From Cryomorphaceae bacterium (GTDB lineage Bacteria > Bacteroidota > Bacteroidia > Flavobacteriales > Schleiferiaceae): a DNA stretch of 51,921 nucleotides. Below, in pieces: positions 17,166-26,995 of the stretch; position 1 is the stretch's first letter; each line of letters opens with the position of its first letter. The position numbers and the translations under genes were made by a program. Where the stretch lies: contig JAIUMB010000001.1 of the NCBI GenBank assembly GCA_022565745.1, positions 1 to 51,921 of the forward strand. The letters run 5' to 3'. The notes beneath the pieces were generated by a model. It saw only the letters and a program-made list of their open reading frames with translations. It was not told the DNA's origin and did not search any database.

Positions 17166-19109
17166 ATGGATTTATCGATAGTTATTGTCAATTACAATGT
17201 GCGTTACTTTTTAGAGCAATGTTTGCGATCTGTTGAAGTAGCCATTAAAGATATTGATGCAGAAGTATTTGTCGTTGATAATGCTTCCAGTGACGACAGC
17301 ATGTCTATGGTTCGCAAGACGTTCCCTTGGGTGAAATGTGTTGACAATGAAGAAAATGTAGGGTTTTCAAGAGCAAACAATCAAGCCATTAAGGTATCAA
17401 AGGGAAAGTATATTTTACTTCTTAATCCTGATACACTTGTACAAGAGGACACCTTTTCAAAGAGTATTGCCTTTATGGAAGATCACCCTGATGCCGGCGG
17501 TTTAGGCATTCGAATGATTGACGGCACAGGCAACTTTTTACCAGAGTCAAAGCGCGGTTTTCCTACGCCTTGGGTCGCTTTTTGTAAAATTGTGGGTTTA
17601 ACGGCGTTGTTTCCTGAAAGTCCTGTATTTGCTCAGTATTACATGGGGCACTTGTCGGCCGATAACAATCAAAAGGTGGATGTGCTAGCAGGTGCTTATA
17701 TGTTGATTCCCAAAAAGGTAATAGAAGAAGTTGGCATGCTTGATGAAGATTTTTTCATGTACGGAGAAGATATTGATTTGAGTTATCGCATGCTGAAAGC
17801 GGGTTATCAAAACTATTATTTAGCTGATTCCCAAATCATTCACTATAAAGGCGAGAGTACCAAAAAAGGAAGCTTAAACTATGTTTACGTTTTCTATAAA
17901 GCAATGGCCATTTTTACACGCAAGCATTTCAGTGGTGGTGAGGCGGGGATTTATCTTTTCTTTATTCAAATGGGCATAGCGCTGCGGGCTTTATTGGCAA
18001 TGGTCAATAGAGTTTTTAAGCGTTTCGGACTGCTTTTGTTGGATGTTGTTATCAATTACGTGTCTTTGTATTACTTAAAGTTATACTGGGAACAAAGCCA
18101 TCGATTTGTAGAAGGTGGAGCATATCCTGATGTTTTTCACCAGTTGGTATTGCCCATTTATCTTGGTATTTGGATATTGTTTGTCTTCATACAGGGTGGA
18201 TATGACCGTCCTCAAAAAAGAACCATAGCCTTAAAGGGAATTGCGTATGGCACACTTTTTCTATTGGTGATTTACGGTCTATTAAGTGAAGAATGGCGAT
18301 TTTCTCGAGCACTTATATTGATAGGTGCATTTTCATCAGGTGTTATTTTTACCATCAATAGAATGGTCATGGATTGGCTGGAGAAAGGTCGATTACTTCA
18401 GCATTCAGACAGTAGTCGACGTTTTTTTGTAATTGGCAAAAAAGACGAAGCCGAACGCACGAGAGATATTATAAGAGAGAGTGGGTGGGCAACCTCTTTT
18501 ATTGGTTGGATTCCAGAAGGAGAAAAGGCAGATGTCGATTGGTGTATTGGTGAATGGGAAGATATTGAAGACTTAATAAGTGTTTATAAACCCAACGAAA
18601 TAGTCTTTTGCGGTAAAGACGTATCAACGGAAACCATCATTGAGCGAATGGCTGTGCTGTTACATCATCGCTTAGAGATAAAAATCTTACCGCCTGATGG
18701 TTGGTTTATAATCGGGAGCAATAGCATTCACCATCAAGGGGATTTATACGCCCGAGAAATAGGAGGGCTTTTTATTAGTCGGTATCGCAGACAAAAGCGA
18801 TTGTTTGATGTGCTGTCGTCTTTATTGATATTAATTCTTTTACCCCTTTCCATTATTCTCGTTAAAGACAGCGCTGCAGTTGTAAGAGCCGCATGGAAGG
18901 TCCTTCTTGGAATTCGCACTTGGGTTGGGTTTAGACAGCCAGTTGAGACCAATTTACCTAAAATCCCTGAAGGCATTTATATGCCTGGGGAATCATTAAA
19001 GCCCGACAATCGAAATAAATTAAAAGCATCCATCAATTTGCAATATGCAACGCGATACAATTGGAAGAATGACGCTGAAATGCTGATGCAGGCCTTGAGA
19101 GGAAAATAG
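17166..19109 (+). CDS. Family 2 glycosyltransferase fused to a multi-TM plus Rossmann-like plus truncated phosphoglycosyl-transferase-like C-terminal region
   Basis: 647 aa. The GT2 N-terminus has LSIVIVNYNVRYFLEQCL, VVDNASSDDS and LLLNPDT. It is followed by TM helices, FFVIGKKDEAERTRDII, and then RQKRLFDVLSSLLILILLPLSIILV, which resembles the re-entrant helix of bacterial sugar transferases. No KFRSM-type catalytic core follows. Confidence 0.7.
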   Translation: MDLSIVIVNYNVRYFLEQCLRSVEVAIKDIDAEVFVVDNASSDDSMSMVRKTFPWVKCVDNEENVGFSRANNQAIKVSKGKYILLLNPDTLVQEDTFSKSIAFMEDHPDAGGLGIRMIDGTGNFLPESKRGFPTPWVAFCKIVGLTALFPESPVFAQYYMGHLSADNNQKVDVLAGAYMLIPKKVIEEVGMLDEDFFMYGEDIDLSYRMLKAGYQNYYLADSQIIHYKGESTKKGSLNYVYVFYKAMAIFTRKHFSGGEAGIYLFFIQMGIALRALLAMVNRVFKRFGLLLLDVVINYVSLYYLKLYWEQSHRFVEGGAYPDVFHQLVLPIYLGIWILFVFIQGGYDRPQKRTIALKGIAYGTLFLLVIYGLLSEEWRFSRALILIGAFSSGVIFTINRMVMDWLEKGRLLQHSDSSRRFFVIGKKDEAERTRDIIRESGWATSFIGWIPEGEKADVDWCIGEWEDIEDLISVYKPNEIVFCGKDVSTETIIERMAVLLHHRLEIKILPPDGWFIIGSNSIHHQGDLYAREIGGLFISRYRRQKRLFDVLSSLLILILLPLSIILVKDSAAVVRAAWKVLLGIRTWVGFRQPVETNLPKIPEGIYMPGESLKPDNRNKLKASINLQYATRYNWKNDAEMLMQALRGK

Positions 19110-19142
19110 TTTTGGCAGTCCGATTACTATTAACGAAGGCCT

Positions 19143-19526
19143 TTAATTGAGAAATGCCTTGGGAGTAATGTTGACCCTTTTCGCCTTAATTTTGAGTAAT
19201 TGTTTTCTTTTATTGACGCGAAAACTAAAGTTGTATTGTGGTTCTATATAGGCAAAAACAGTGTGTATAGGGAGCACACTCTCATATTTGAACGTTTCAA
19301 AGGGCTTGATAACGGGTGAAGTGCCATTAAAACCCTCGCCAATAATTTCATCCGGCATTGAATGGTTGGAAAAAATTTTCCAGTGTTTACCCACGATGGT
19401 AATGGGAAGTGTACTGTTGTTTTTGACCAAAAGTTCACAACCAAACAAATACAGTAAACCATATTTGCCTATGAAATGCGTTTTAAATTCCACATTGATG
19501 GATGTAGATTTAATTCTAGTAAGCAT
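19143..19526 (-). CDS. apaG: ApaG-like (DUF525) protein
   Basis: 127 aa. The pattern LVKNNSTLPITIVGKHWKIF....EIIGEGFNGTSPVIKPFETFKYES parallels E. coli ApaG IRNLG..VQLLGRYWLI...EVQGEGVVG.QPLI.PGE.YQYTS. Confidence 0.6.
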   Translation of the reverse strand: MLTRIKSTSINVEFKTHFIGKYGLLYLFGCELLVKNNSTLPITIVGKHWKIFSNHSMPDEIIGEGFNGTSPVIKPFETFKYESVLPIHTVFAYIEPQYNFSFRVNKRKQLLKIKAKRVNITPKAFLN

Positions 19527-19644
19527 AACGAAGTTATAATCAGATGGTAAACCTAAAACATTTTTTTTAAATTTCCAAATGTTTATTCTGATTTCGTTAT
19601 TGCCAGTTCACAATTCATTCAATAAAGGAGACAAAAATTAAGCA

Positions 19645-20670
19645 TCATAGGTTTCCCCATTGACCGGTTGGCCGATAGAACAGCTTTCCTTTTCTGATGT
19701 TTAAGGGGCTATCGATATTGTTTTTGTAGAGTTTGCCCGTTCCCAGGCCTTGATAAATACGCAACGGATAATTACCCAACCATTGCGCAATGGCATTCAA
19801 GCCTATGTTGGACTCTAAAGCTGAAGTTACCCACCAGCCAATACCGTTTTTTTCTGCCAATTCAATCCAATCTTCAGCCGCGCGAAAACCACCAATCAGG
19901 GTAGGCTTAATGACTACGTAATCGGGTAGAATATCGTTGATGAGTGCTTCCTTTTCTTCTTTGCTGCTTAGACCAATCAGACTTTCGTCAAGGGCTATTG
20001 GGACAGGGCTTTCAGCACATAACTCTTTGAGTAATTCGCGGTCGTGAACAGGCTGCTCAAGAGAGTGGATTTCCAGATCAGATAGTTCATCGATAACATC
20101 AAACACATTACTTCTGTCAAATGCGCCATTGGCATCTAACCGTATTTCTAAGTCCCAAGGCTCATAAGTTTCCCGTATGCGTTCAATAATGGCAATTTCT
20201 TCACCAATATCAATGGCGCCAATTTTCATCTTAACACATTTATAACCATCCTTAATTTTTTGGGCCATTTGCTTTTCCATTTGTTTGGCATCGCTCATCC
20301 ACACCAAACCATTGATAGGTATACCAGCTTTCCCTTTTGAAAATGGGTTGACAAATAAGGTGTGTGGAGTGCTTCCGCGCAAACTAATAAAGGCTGTTTC
20401 TAACGCCATGCGAATGGAAGGAAAGTCGCCTAATTGATCGTACAATTTGGCAAATCCTAAATCAATATTATCACAAACCCATTGCAATTTACCTTCAATC
20501 TCATCTAGGTTTTCAAAACTTAACCCTTCGAGAGGTGCACATTCGCCAATACCAGACTGCTTCCCCTCTTGTAAGTGAAGAAACCATGTTTTACGCGTTG
20601 TCATAACGCCTCGAGACGTTCCAGCTTTAAAGTTAAATTCTAAAATGTGTGTTGAAAAAGATGCGTTCAT
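19645..20670 (-). CDS. menC: o-Succinylbenzoate synthase (enolase superfamily)
   Basis: 341 aa. VKMKIG (KxK), RLDANG, LEQP and ALDES metal and catalytic motifs. Adjacent to menA. Confidence 0.75.
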   Translation of the reverse strand: MNASFSTHILEFNFKAGTSRGVMTTRKTWFLHLQEGKQSGIGECAPLEGLSFENLDEIEGKLQWVCDNIDLGFAKLYDQLGDFPSIRMALETAFISLRGSTPHTLFVNPFSKGKAGIPINGLVWMSDAKQMEKQMAQKIKDGYKCVKMKIGAIDIGEEIAIIERIRETYEPWDLEIRLDANGAFDRSNVFDVIDELSDLEIHSLEQPVHDRELLKELCAESPVPIALDESLIGLSSKEEKEALINDILPDYVVIKPTLIGGFRAAEDWIELAEKNGIGWWVTSALESNIGLNAIAQWLGNYPLRIYQGLGTGKLYKNNIDSPLNIRKGKLFYRPTGQWGNL

Positions 20671-20775
20671 TGTGTTTGTTTTATTTTTTATGCTTGTTTA
20701 AACAATACTTTATCTCATTGAGGATTGACAACCTTCACACGCTAAGGTTTGCCATCAGCTTTTACAGATGGTCAT

Positions 20776-21684
20776 TTACCCCCAAAAATGACCTAATCCT
20801 AGCAATATAGCCAATGCCAAAGTTGTTAATGCCAATTCCTTTAACAGTGGATCGGCATCTTCAGGTTTATCTAGTTTAGACACTTTAAGCATATGCAATA
20901 AGAGAGGAGGGATGGCCAATAAAAATAAATTACGTGTAAACCCAGAGTTGCTCAACCAATTGTAAACAAATACGCAGTCAAGAGCAAGGATGATTAATAC
21001 GTAATGATAAACACGTGCAAACCGAAATCCCAAGGCATTGGCAACTGTTTTTTTACCACTGCTCAAGTCGTTCTTAATATCTCGAATATTGTTGAGATTG
21101 AGAACGGCAGCAGATAATAGGCCGATGGCGCTACCGGCCCAGAGAACCACCAAATCTAATCGACCAACGGTTACGGTATAAGTTCCGCCTACAGCCACCA
21201 GGCCGAAAAACATAAACACCATGATTTCTCCCAAGCGCAAATAGCCGTAAGGGGTTTTGCCAAGTGTGTAAGTTAAAGCGGCAATCACAGAGGCCAGAGC
21301 TAAAAGACCAAGAATAAGTGGCGCATTATCCATTAATCGAGGATAGGTGTACGCTATTAGTGCTGCTGCTGAGACAATTGATAAACCAGCAGTAATAATG
21401 ACAGCAATCTTCATTTCTCCCGCGCTGATTATACCACTGCCCACCATTCGAGCTTCGCCGGTTCTATTGGCATCAGTTCCTTTAAGGCCGTCGCCCAAGT
21501 CATTGGCAAAATTTGACAATACTTGAAATAGGGTGGCGGTAATCATACACAGAAAAAACACGGTCCAAGACCCCTGCTGATTGGCTGCAGCCAGTAAACT
21601 CCCTAGGATAATGCCAGACCATGCCAAAGGCAATGTACGAAGACGAGCTGCGGCTACCCAGTGTTTTGCAACATGCTTACCCAT
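20776..21684 (-). CDS. menA: 1,4-dihydroxy-2-naphthoate polyprenyltransferase
   Basis: 302 aa, UbiA-family multi-TM protein. [12 protein letters not shown] (NxxxDxxxD) and [16 protein letters not shown] are MenA-type motifs. Confidence 0.85.
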   Translation of the reverse strand: MGKHVAKHWVAAARLRTLPLAWSGIILGSLLAAANQQGSWTVFFLCMITATLFQVLSNFANDLGDGLKGTDANRTGEARMVGSGIISAGEMKIAVIITAGLSIVSAAALIAYTYPRLMDNAPLILGLLALASVIAALTYTLGKTPYGYLRLGEIMVFMFFGLVAVGGTYTVTVGRLDLVVLWAGSAIGLLSAAVLNLNNIRDIKNDLSSGKKTVANALGFRFARVYHYVLIILALDCVFVYNWLSNSGFTRNLFLLAIPPLLLHMLKVSKLDKPEDADPLLKELALTTLALAILLGLGHFWG

Positions 21685-23266
21685 TCATCGAGATTAGGAA
21701 TTCTTCATTGCTCTTGGTCCGATTGATTCGGTCGTGTAGGAATTCCATAGCTTCAACGGTGGTCATATCAGCCAAGTGACGACGTAGAATCCACATGCGT
21801 TGCTGAACTTCTTTTGAGTGAAGCAGTTCATCGCGACGCGTACCGGATGAGATAAGATCAATAGCCGGGAATATGCGTTTGTTGGCAATGCGTCGGTCTA
21901 GCTGCATTTCCATGTTACCGGTTCCCTTAAACTCTTCGTAGATGACTTCATCCATTTTAGAGCCTGTTTCAATAAGTGCTGTAGCCACAATGGTCAATGA
22001 ACCTCCGTTTTCAATATTGCGTGCTGCACCAAAGAAACGTTTAGGCTTGTGAAGCGCATTGGCGTCTACACCACCAGAAAGCACTTTTCCGGAAGCAGGA
22101 CTAACCGTATTGTAAGCACGAGCCAATCTCGTTATGGAGTCGAGGAGGATGACCACATCGTGACCACATTCAACCATCCGCTTGGCCTTTTCCAGAACAA
22201 TGTTAGCGACTTTAACGTGACGTTCAGCCGGTTCGTCAAAAGTAGAGGCAATCACTTCCGCATCTACGCTTCTCGACATATCGGTAACTTCTTCCGGACG
22301 TTCGTCAATAAGCAGAATAATGAGATATGCTTCCGGATGATTAGCAGCAATGGCATTGGCTACATCCTTCAGTAAATGGGTTTTACCTGTTTTTGGTTGT
22401 GCTACAATTAATCCACGATTTCCTTTACCTATGGGTGAAAATAAGTCAATAATGCGCGTTGACATGGTCGAAGACTTACCTGTAAGGTTGAACTTTTCTT
22501 CGGCGAAGAGTGGTGTCAAGTGTTCAAATGCTACACGATCACGAACAAAATCTGGAGTGCGGCCATTCACTTGAAGCACCTTTGCCAACGGAAAATACTT
22601 TTCACCCTCTTTGGGAGGACGAACTAAGCCTACAACCGTATCGCCTTGCTTAAGACCATTTGACTTAATTTGTGCTTGAGACACATAAACGTCATCTGGT
22701 GAGTTGAGGTAGTTGTAATCGCTACTGCGTAAAAATCCATATCCGTCGGGCATGGTTTCTAATACCCCTTCACAACTAATAATTCCTTCAAAGTTATACT
22801 CATCAGCGCCTATATGCTTTGGACGAGGTTTATGCTGTTGGGGTTGTGGTTGTGATGGATGTTGCTTTCCTTGCTGGTCTCCGTCCTGTCGAGCAGGTTT
22901 ATTTTCTCGACGATCAGGTCGATCTTGACGAAAATTTCTCTTGTCGCTTTGAAAAGACTTGTTTTGCTCCTTTGCTGTATTCTCTCGTGAAACTTCCTTG
23001 TCCGTAGACATTGATGGGACTTCTGAATGGGCCTCAGAAGGTACGTTTTCAACTTGTCCGGACTCCTTTTTAGGTGGACGTCCTCTGCGGGCACCTGGTT
23101 CAGGTTTGGGTGGGGGAGGAACATCGCTGCGACCACTGGCCCTCTCTAAAATGGCTTCTATAAGTGGAATTTTGCGAAGGTAACGCCACTTAGGGACGTT
23201 TAATTCATTGCCAATGTCTTGAAGCTGAGAAAGTTTTAAAACTTTTAATTGATCAAATGTATACAT
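21677..23266 (-). CDS. rho: Transcription termination factor Rho with a ~110-aa disordered N-terminal insertion
   Basis: 529 aa. The Rho core has GYGFLR, PKTGKT (Walker A) and [14 protein letters not shown] low-complexity P/Q/R/K/E-rich block (about aa 46..150) lies between the N-terminal helix bundle and the RNA-binding domain. Confidence 0.95.
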   Translation of the reverse strand: MYTFDQLKVLKLSQLQDIGNELNVPKWRYLRKIPLIEAILERASGRSDVPPPPKPEPGARRGRPPKKESGQVENVPSEAHSEVPSMSTDKEVSRENTAKEQNKSFQSDKRNFRQDRPDRRENKPARQDGDQQGKQHPSQPQPQQHKPRPKHIGADEYNFEGIISCEGVLETMPDGYGFLRSSDYNYLNSPDDVYVSQAQIKSNGLKQGDTVVGLVRPPKEGEKYFPLAKVLQVNGRTPDFVRDRVAFEHLTPLFAEEKFNLTGKSSTMSTRIIDLFSPIGKGNRGLIVAQPKTGKTHLLKDVANAIAANHPEAYLIILLIDERPEEVTDMSRSVDAEVIASTFDEPAERHVKVANIVLEKAKRMVECGHDVVILLDSITRLARAYNTVSPASGKVLSGGVDANALHKPKRFFGAARNIENGGSLTIVATALIETGSKMDEVIYEEFKGTGNMEMQLDRRIANKRIFPAIDLISSGTRRDELLHSKEVQQRMWILRRHLADMTTVEAMEFLHDRINRTKSNEEFLISMNG

Positions 23267-23459
23267 ATGATTTGTCTTGGCTTACGCCGTTTTGAAATAA
23301 CAGGTTGAAAACCTTAATGAGAATATAGAAATAAAACAGAAATGGCGACGGATAGATCATCGCAATAGTGGTGCAATATTATAACGGAATTCCTAATCCA
23401 CAAAAAATCCACGTCAAATTCCTTAAATTTTCATACTGATTGACCAACAAGGTCATTTG

Positions 23460-23488
23460 TTTGAATGAAAAATATTTTCATATATTTG
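23460..23488 (+). promoter_or_regulatory. Candidate promoter of yraN
   Basis: TTG (23460..23462), 18 nt of spacer, then TATATTTG (23481..23488). The box ends 10 nt before ATG 23499. Confidence 0.45.
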
Positions 23489-23498
23489 TAAGAAAAAA

Positions 23499-23855
23499 AT
23501 GGCAGAACATAACGAAACAGGTAAACGTGGAGAGTTATTGGCTAAAGCTTATTTAGAGAGCAAATCGTTTAGCATACTCGAACAAAATTTTCGATACGGA
23601 AAAGCTGAAATTGACATAATTGCTACGGTAGAAACCTTCATTGTTGCTGTAGAAGTAAAAACAAGAAAAAGCGCACCAAGAACTGATTACTTTCACGCCG
23701 TGAATAAGTCAAAGATGAGCAGCATGGTGCGGGCACTTGAGTTTTACATGCGCATCAAGGGCATAACATTAGAAACCAGGTTTGATTTTGTGAGGGTTGA
23801 CTTAGGTGGTGCAGAGCCGTTTATTGAGCATACACCATCATTTTTTATCCCCTGA
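23499..23855 (+). CDS. yraN: YraN-family (UPF0102) endonuclease-like protein
   Basis: 118 aa. GKRGELLAKAYLESKSFSILEQNFRYGKAEIDIIA....VAVEVKTR is the UPF0102/PD-(D/E)xK-like signature. Confidence 0.8.
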   Translation: MAEHNETGKRGELLAKAYLESKSFSILEQNFRYGKAEIDIIATVETFIVAVEVKTRKSAPRTDYFHAVNKSKMSSMVRALEFYMRIKGITLETRFDFVRVDLGGAEPFIEHTPSFFIP

Positions 23856-24197
23856 CTTCTTAATTTCTTCAATGATTTCAACATCCAACCCGAATTGATG
23901 GGCATACTGACGCATTTTCATTGCCGCGCGTTCTTCATTGGTGGCGCGCTCAAGCGTATCCGCCATGCTTAGAATGGTTTGATGAAAAAAGCGTTTCATG
24001 TCATCGATAGACATTTCTTTGGTCCATAAATCCAAACGCAAACACTCTTTGTTTTTTTCATCCCATACGGAAACCATGAAAGCGCCAGCAGCTTCGTTTT
24101 CAATGCCACCATCTTTGGCTGTCCACTGAATTTTTTCGGGAACACGGTTTACGTCAAGTTCTACGTCAATGGAAATGTTTGATTTTAATTTACTCAT
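23838..24197 (-). CDS. gldC: Gliding motility-associated protein GldC
   Basis: 119 aa. Lies immediately downstream of gldB (5-nt gap), the same order as in Flavobacterium johnsoniae. SIDVELD..VPEKIQWTA..GG......AFMVSVWD...KE.LRLDLWTKEM looks GldC-like. Confidence 0.7.
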   Translation of the reverse strand: MSKLKSNISIDVELDVNRVPEKIQWTAKDGGIENEAAGAFMVSVWDEKNKECLRLDLWTKEMSIDDMKRFFHQTILSMADTLERATNEERAAMKMRQYAHQFGLDVEIIEEIKKSGDKK

Positions 24198-24202
24198 TAT
24201 TA

Positions 24203-25204
24203 TTATGGTTTATATCGTGATTGAGAAAAAAGTTGTCTATGATCGCTCATTTGCATGAGTTCAATTAATTCTTTATCGGGGTATTTGGTCATGTATGAAG
24301 AAACGATTCGCCATCCCAACCAGCGTCCAATGCGTCCGGGAGTTTCATTGTCAAACTCCATATAAAATTTACTGAAAGGGGCTTCTTCAGTAAAACGTCT
24401 TTTTAGATCTGCACGCTGGTCAAACAATAGGTCTTGTTCAATCATGAAACGCCAAATCATCCGTTCGTTATCTTTACAAAAGGCTTTATTTTCTTCGTTA
24501 TATCGCAAAACGTCATATGCAGATTTGCTTGGTAGCAATAGGTTAACCACATAGATTTGCTTACCATAATAAATCATGTCATTGATCAAAGCCAAATCAT
24601 TGGATCGACGTTTTAACCAAGGGTCAATCATTGTTTTTGCAATGTCAATCAACAAATAATTTGGCGTATGTCTGCTATTTAGATAATCTGCCTGTTTTGC
24701 ATATGCGGGGTGATCTTGTCCGAGAAATAAATCTAAAGCAATGAAAAGGGTAGCTATTGAGTCAACGTAAATGACAGGAAAGTCAAAGTCTAAACCCGAT
24801 ATATAAGTGTAAACGTTTAGTGTTTTTGGTGCTTGGGGAAAAAGAAATCGATAATGACGCCAAAGTTCTTGGATATCGCTTTGTAGTTGTTTGTTGTCGG
24901 GGTATGTTTTGGCAGCATCACTTGCAAGTGCATTCATGAAATCTAAATGACGTTGAGAACGCCAAAAACTTTCGGCTTGTTGGTTGTCGAAAAAAACGTC
25001 ATACGTTCCTTTTTGTTTCAACATTTCAAGCTGTTGAGAAAAATCGGTGGTATCTAATGCGAAAAATGCTAAATCAAAGCGATGTATGTTTACATTTGCA
25101 TCAATGTTTGATACATCTAATGTGTCGTCTGGCGCACAACCAACCAAAGACGCGAAGATGAATATAAAAGCACACAACGTTGAGGTTCTTTGTATAATTG
25201 GCAT
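24203..25204 (-). CDS. gldB: Gliding motility lipoprotein GldB
   Basis: The ORF track gives 24203..25258. I prefer the start at ATG 25204 (MPIIQRTSTLCAFIFIFASLVGC, lipoprotein signal) because a -7 box lies between the two candidate starts. Size, lipobox and gldB-gldC-nadE synteny support GldB. Confidence 0.7.
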   Translation of the reverse strand: MPIIQRTSTLCAFIFIFASLVGCAPDDTLDVSNIDANVNIHRFDLAFFALDTTDFSQQLEMLKQKGTYDVFFDNQQAESFWRSQRHLDFMNALASDAAKTYPDNKQLQSDIQELWRHYRFLFPQAPKTLNVYTYISGLDFDFPVIYVDSIATLFIALDLFLGQDHPAYAKQADYLNSRHTPNYLLIDIAKTMIDPWLKRRSNDLALINDMIYYGKQIYVVNLLLPSKSAYDVLRYNEENKAFCKDNERMIWRFMIEQDLLFDQRADLKRRFTEEAPFSKFYMEFDNETPGRIGRWLGWRIVSSYMTKYPDKELIELMQMSDHRQLFSQSRYKP

Positions 25205-25226
25205 TGTTCGTGTTATATTAAAGTGC

Positions 25227-25234
25227 CAAAAGTA
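25227..25234 (-). promoter_or_regulatory. -7 promoter box (TACTTTTG on the minus strand) for gldB-gldC
   Basis: The plus strand reads CAAAAGTA at 25227..25234. It lies 22 nt upstream of ATG 25204 and downstream of the alternative ATG 25258. Confidence 0.4.
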
Positions 25235-25413
25235 CAATGGGCAGAATGAATTTGACACAAGAAGAATTTATAATCTTTGAACGGTTTTTGTGTAATCGTC
25301 AAAAATTACCCCATGTAAAAAAACAACAACCGCTGGTCAAACAGGTTAGGTCATACTTGACTGCTGAGATATAAACGATGAAGCCTAAAGACGAGTATTG
25401 AAAGTAAAGTGAA

Positions 25414-26055
25414 ATGAATAATTTTGGACCAATGAATAGATTTATTTGCGTTTTAATTGTGATGTTTGGCATTCAGTTTTCAATAAATGCCCAAACTAAG
25501 TACCGTATAGGACTGCAAATTTCTCCAAATATTGCCGTGATGCCACTGGAAGATATAAACTCAGCACGGATTTTTAATATGGGGTTCGGGTTGACTTTTA
25601 ATAGGTATTTTGATGAACGTTATTCCATTCAAAGTGGGGTAGATGCCTTGGCTTTAGGCACCAGGTTGACCTCAGGTAATGACGTAATAGATATTTCAGC
25701 CAGTTACATACAAGTGCCATTTAGTATAAAAATGAAAACCATAAAGTTTGGGCACTGGACGTTATTCGCAAAAGTTGGTGCGGCATTAGGTGTTAAGTAT
25801 TTAGAAGATGTCGGTTTAAGCGATCCGTCAATTACCAAATCTGGACCAGACGACGATTTGATTGATTCTTTTTTGTTGAGTTTTATGGGGTCGATTGGCA
25901 CTGAGTATGATCTTGGCATTGAATCGTCGTTGTTTTTATCTTTAGATTTCAATCGCTCACTCTTAAATCAACTCAACCCACAACGTTTTCCAATGTTAGA
26001 AAATGTTCAGCCTAGGTTTTCTTGGGTAACAATAAACATGGGAGTAATCTTTTAG
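25414..26055 (+). CDS. Small outer-membrane beta-barrel protein (OMP_b-brl_2/PorT-like class)
   Basis: 213 aa. Signal peptide ..QFSINAQ, alternating amphipathic strands, C-terminal ..WVTINMGVIF with a terminal Phe. The probable true start is the internal Met at 25432. Confidence 0.6.
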   Translation: MNNFGPMNRFICVLIVMFGIQFSINAQTKYRIGLQISPNIAVMPLEDINSARIFNMGFGLTFNRYFDERYSIQSGVDALALGTRLTSGNDVIDISASYIQVPFSIKMKTIKFGHWTLFAKVGAALGVKYLEDVGLSDPSITKSGPDDDLIDSFLLSFMGSIGTEYDLGIESSLFLSLDFNRSLLNQLNPQRFPMLENVQPRFSWVTINMGVIF

Positions 26056-26104
26056 AACAAGCTGAAAATTTTCACGTTAATAAAGGATAATACACCTACA
26101 ATTA

Positions 26105-26935
26105 ATGGAATTGCATAACTTAAATCTATGTGTGTTTGATATGGACGAAAATGCAGTAATCAATCACATTGTTGACTGGCTGGATCAATATCTGCTGAAT
26201 TCTGGCTTAGACGGATTTGTGGTCGGGGTTTCTGGCGGCATCGATAGTGCCGTAACATCAACTTTGTGTGCTCTTACAGGTAAGCCGGTGCTCTGTTTGG
26301 ATATGCCCATACATCAAGAGCGTGGCCAGATGATGCGTTCAGAAAAGCACATTGGTTGGCTGAAACATCAATTTTCTAATGTTGAAGGTAAGAGAGTCGA
26401 TTTAACGTCTGTATACGATGCATTTGCGAAATCGGTAAACGCTGATAAAAACAATGAGACAACCAACCTGGCTCTGGCCAATACCCGCTCTCGGTTGCGT
26501 ATGACGACACTCTACCAGTTTGCAACCGAACAAAAGAAATTGGTGGCTGGTACAGGAAATAAAGTAGAGGATTTTGGTATTGGATTTTATACCAAATACG
26601 GTGATGGTGGCGTTGACTTGAGTCCAATTGCAGATTTAATGAAATCGCAAGTATATGCGCTTGCTCGACATCTGAACATCATTGATGAAATTATTGAGGC
26701 ACCACCCACCGATGGCCTTTGGGATGACAATCGCACCGATGAACAACAAATTGGTGCTTCATACGACGATATGGAGTGGGCGATGAAACAAGTTGAATCA
26801 GGGAAAACACCTGAGGATTTTAGCGGAAGCAAGAAAAATTTCGTAGAAATATACCTAAGGCATCACAATAAAAATAAACACAAAATGAAGCCCATTCCTG
26901 TTTGTTTTTTACCGAGTTTGAAAAAAAACAGCTAA
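26105..26935 (+). CDS. nadE: NH3-dependent NAD+ synthetase
   Basis: 276 aa. The PP-loop is VVGVSGGIDSAV. TGNKVEDFGIGFYTKYGDGGVDLSPIADL is NadE-specific. Confidence 0.9.
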   Translation: MELHNLNLCVFDMDENAVINHIVDWLDQYLLNSGLDGFVVGVSGGIDSAVTSTLCALTGKPVLCLDMPIHQERGQMMRSEKHIGWLKHQFSNVEGKRVDLTSVYDAFAKSVNADKNNETTNLALANTRSRLRMTTLYQFATEQKKLVAGTGNKVEDFGIGFYTKYGDGGVDLSPIADLMKSQVYALARHLNIIDEIIEAPPTDGLWDDNRTDEQQIGASYDDMEWAMKQVESGKTPEDFSGSKKNFVEIYLRHHNKNKHKMKPIPVCFLPSLKKNS

Positions 26936-26995
26936 CTATTTTGTGTTAAAATATTTTGATGTACATTTACATCTACGATTACAAATTCAAAGAAT

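Noticed and set aside
22810-23183. ORFs on both strands inside the rho insertion region (108, 62 and 74 aa)
   Set aside because: Low-complexity coding sequence keeps alternative frames open. The Rho frame is continuous and recognisable on both sides.
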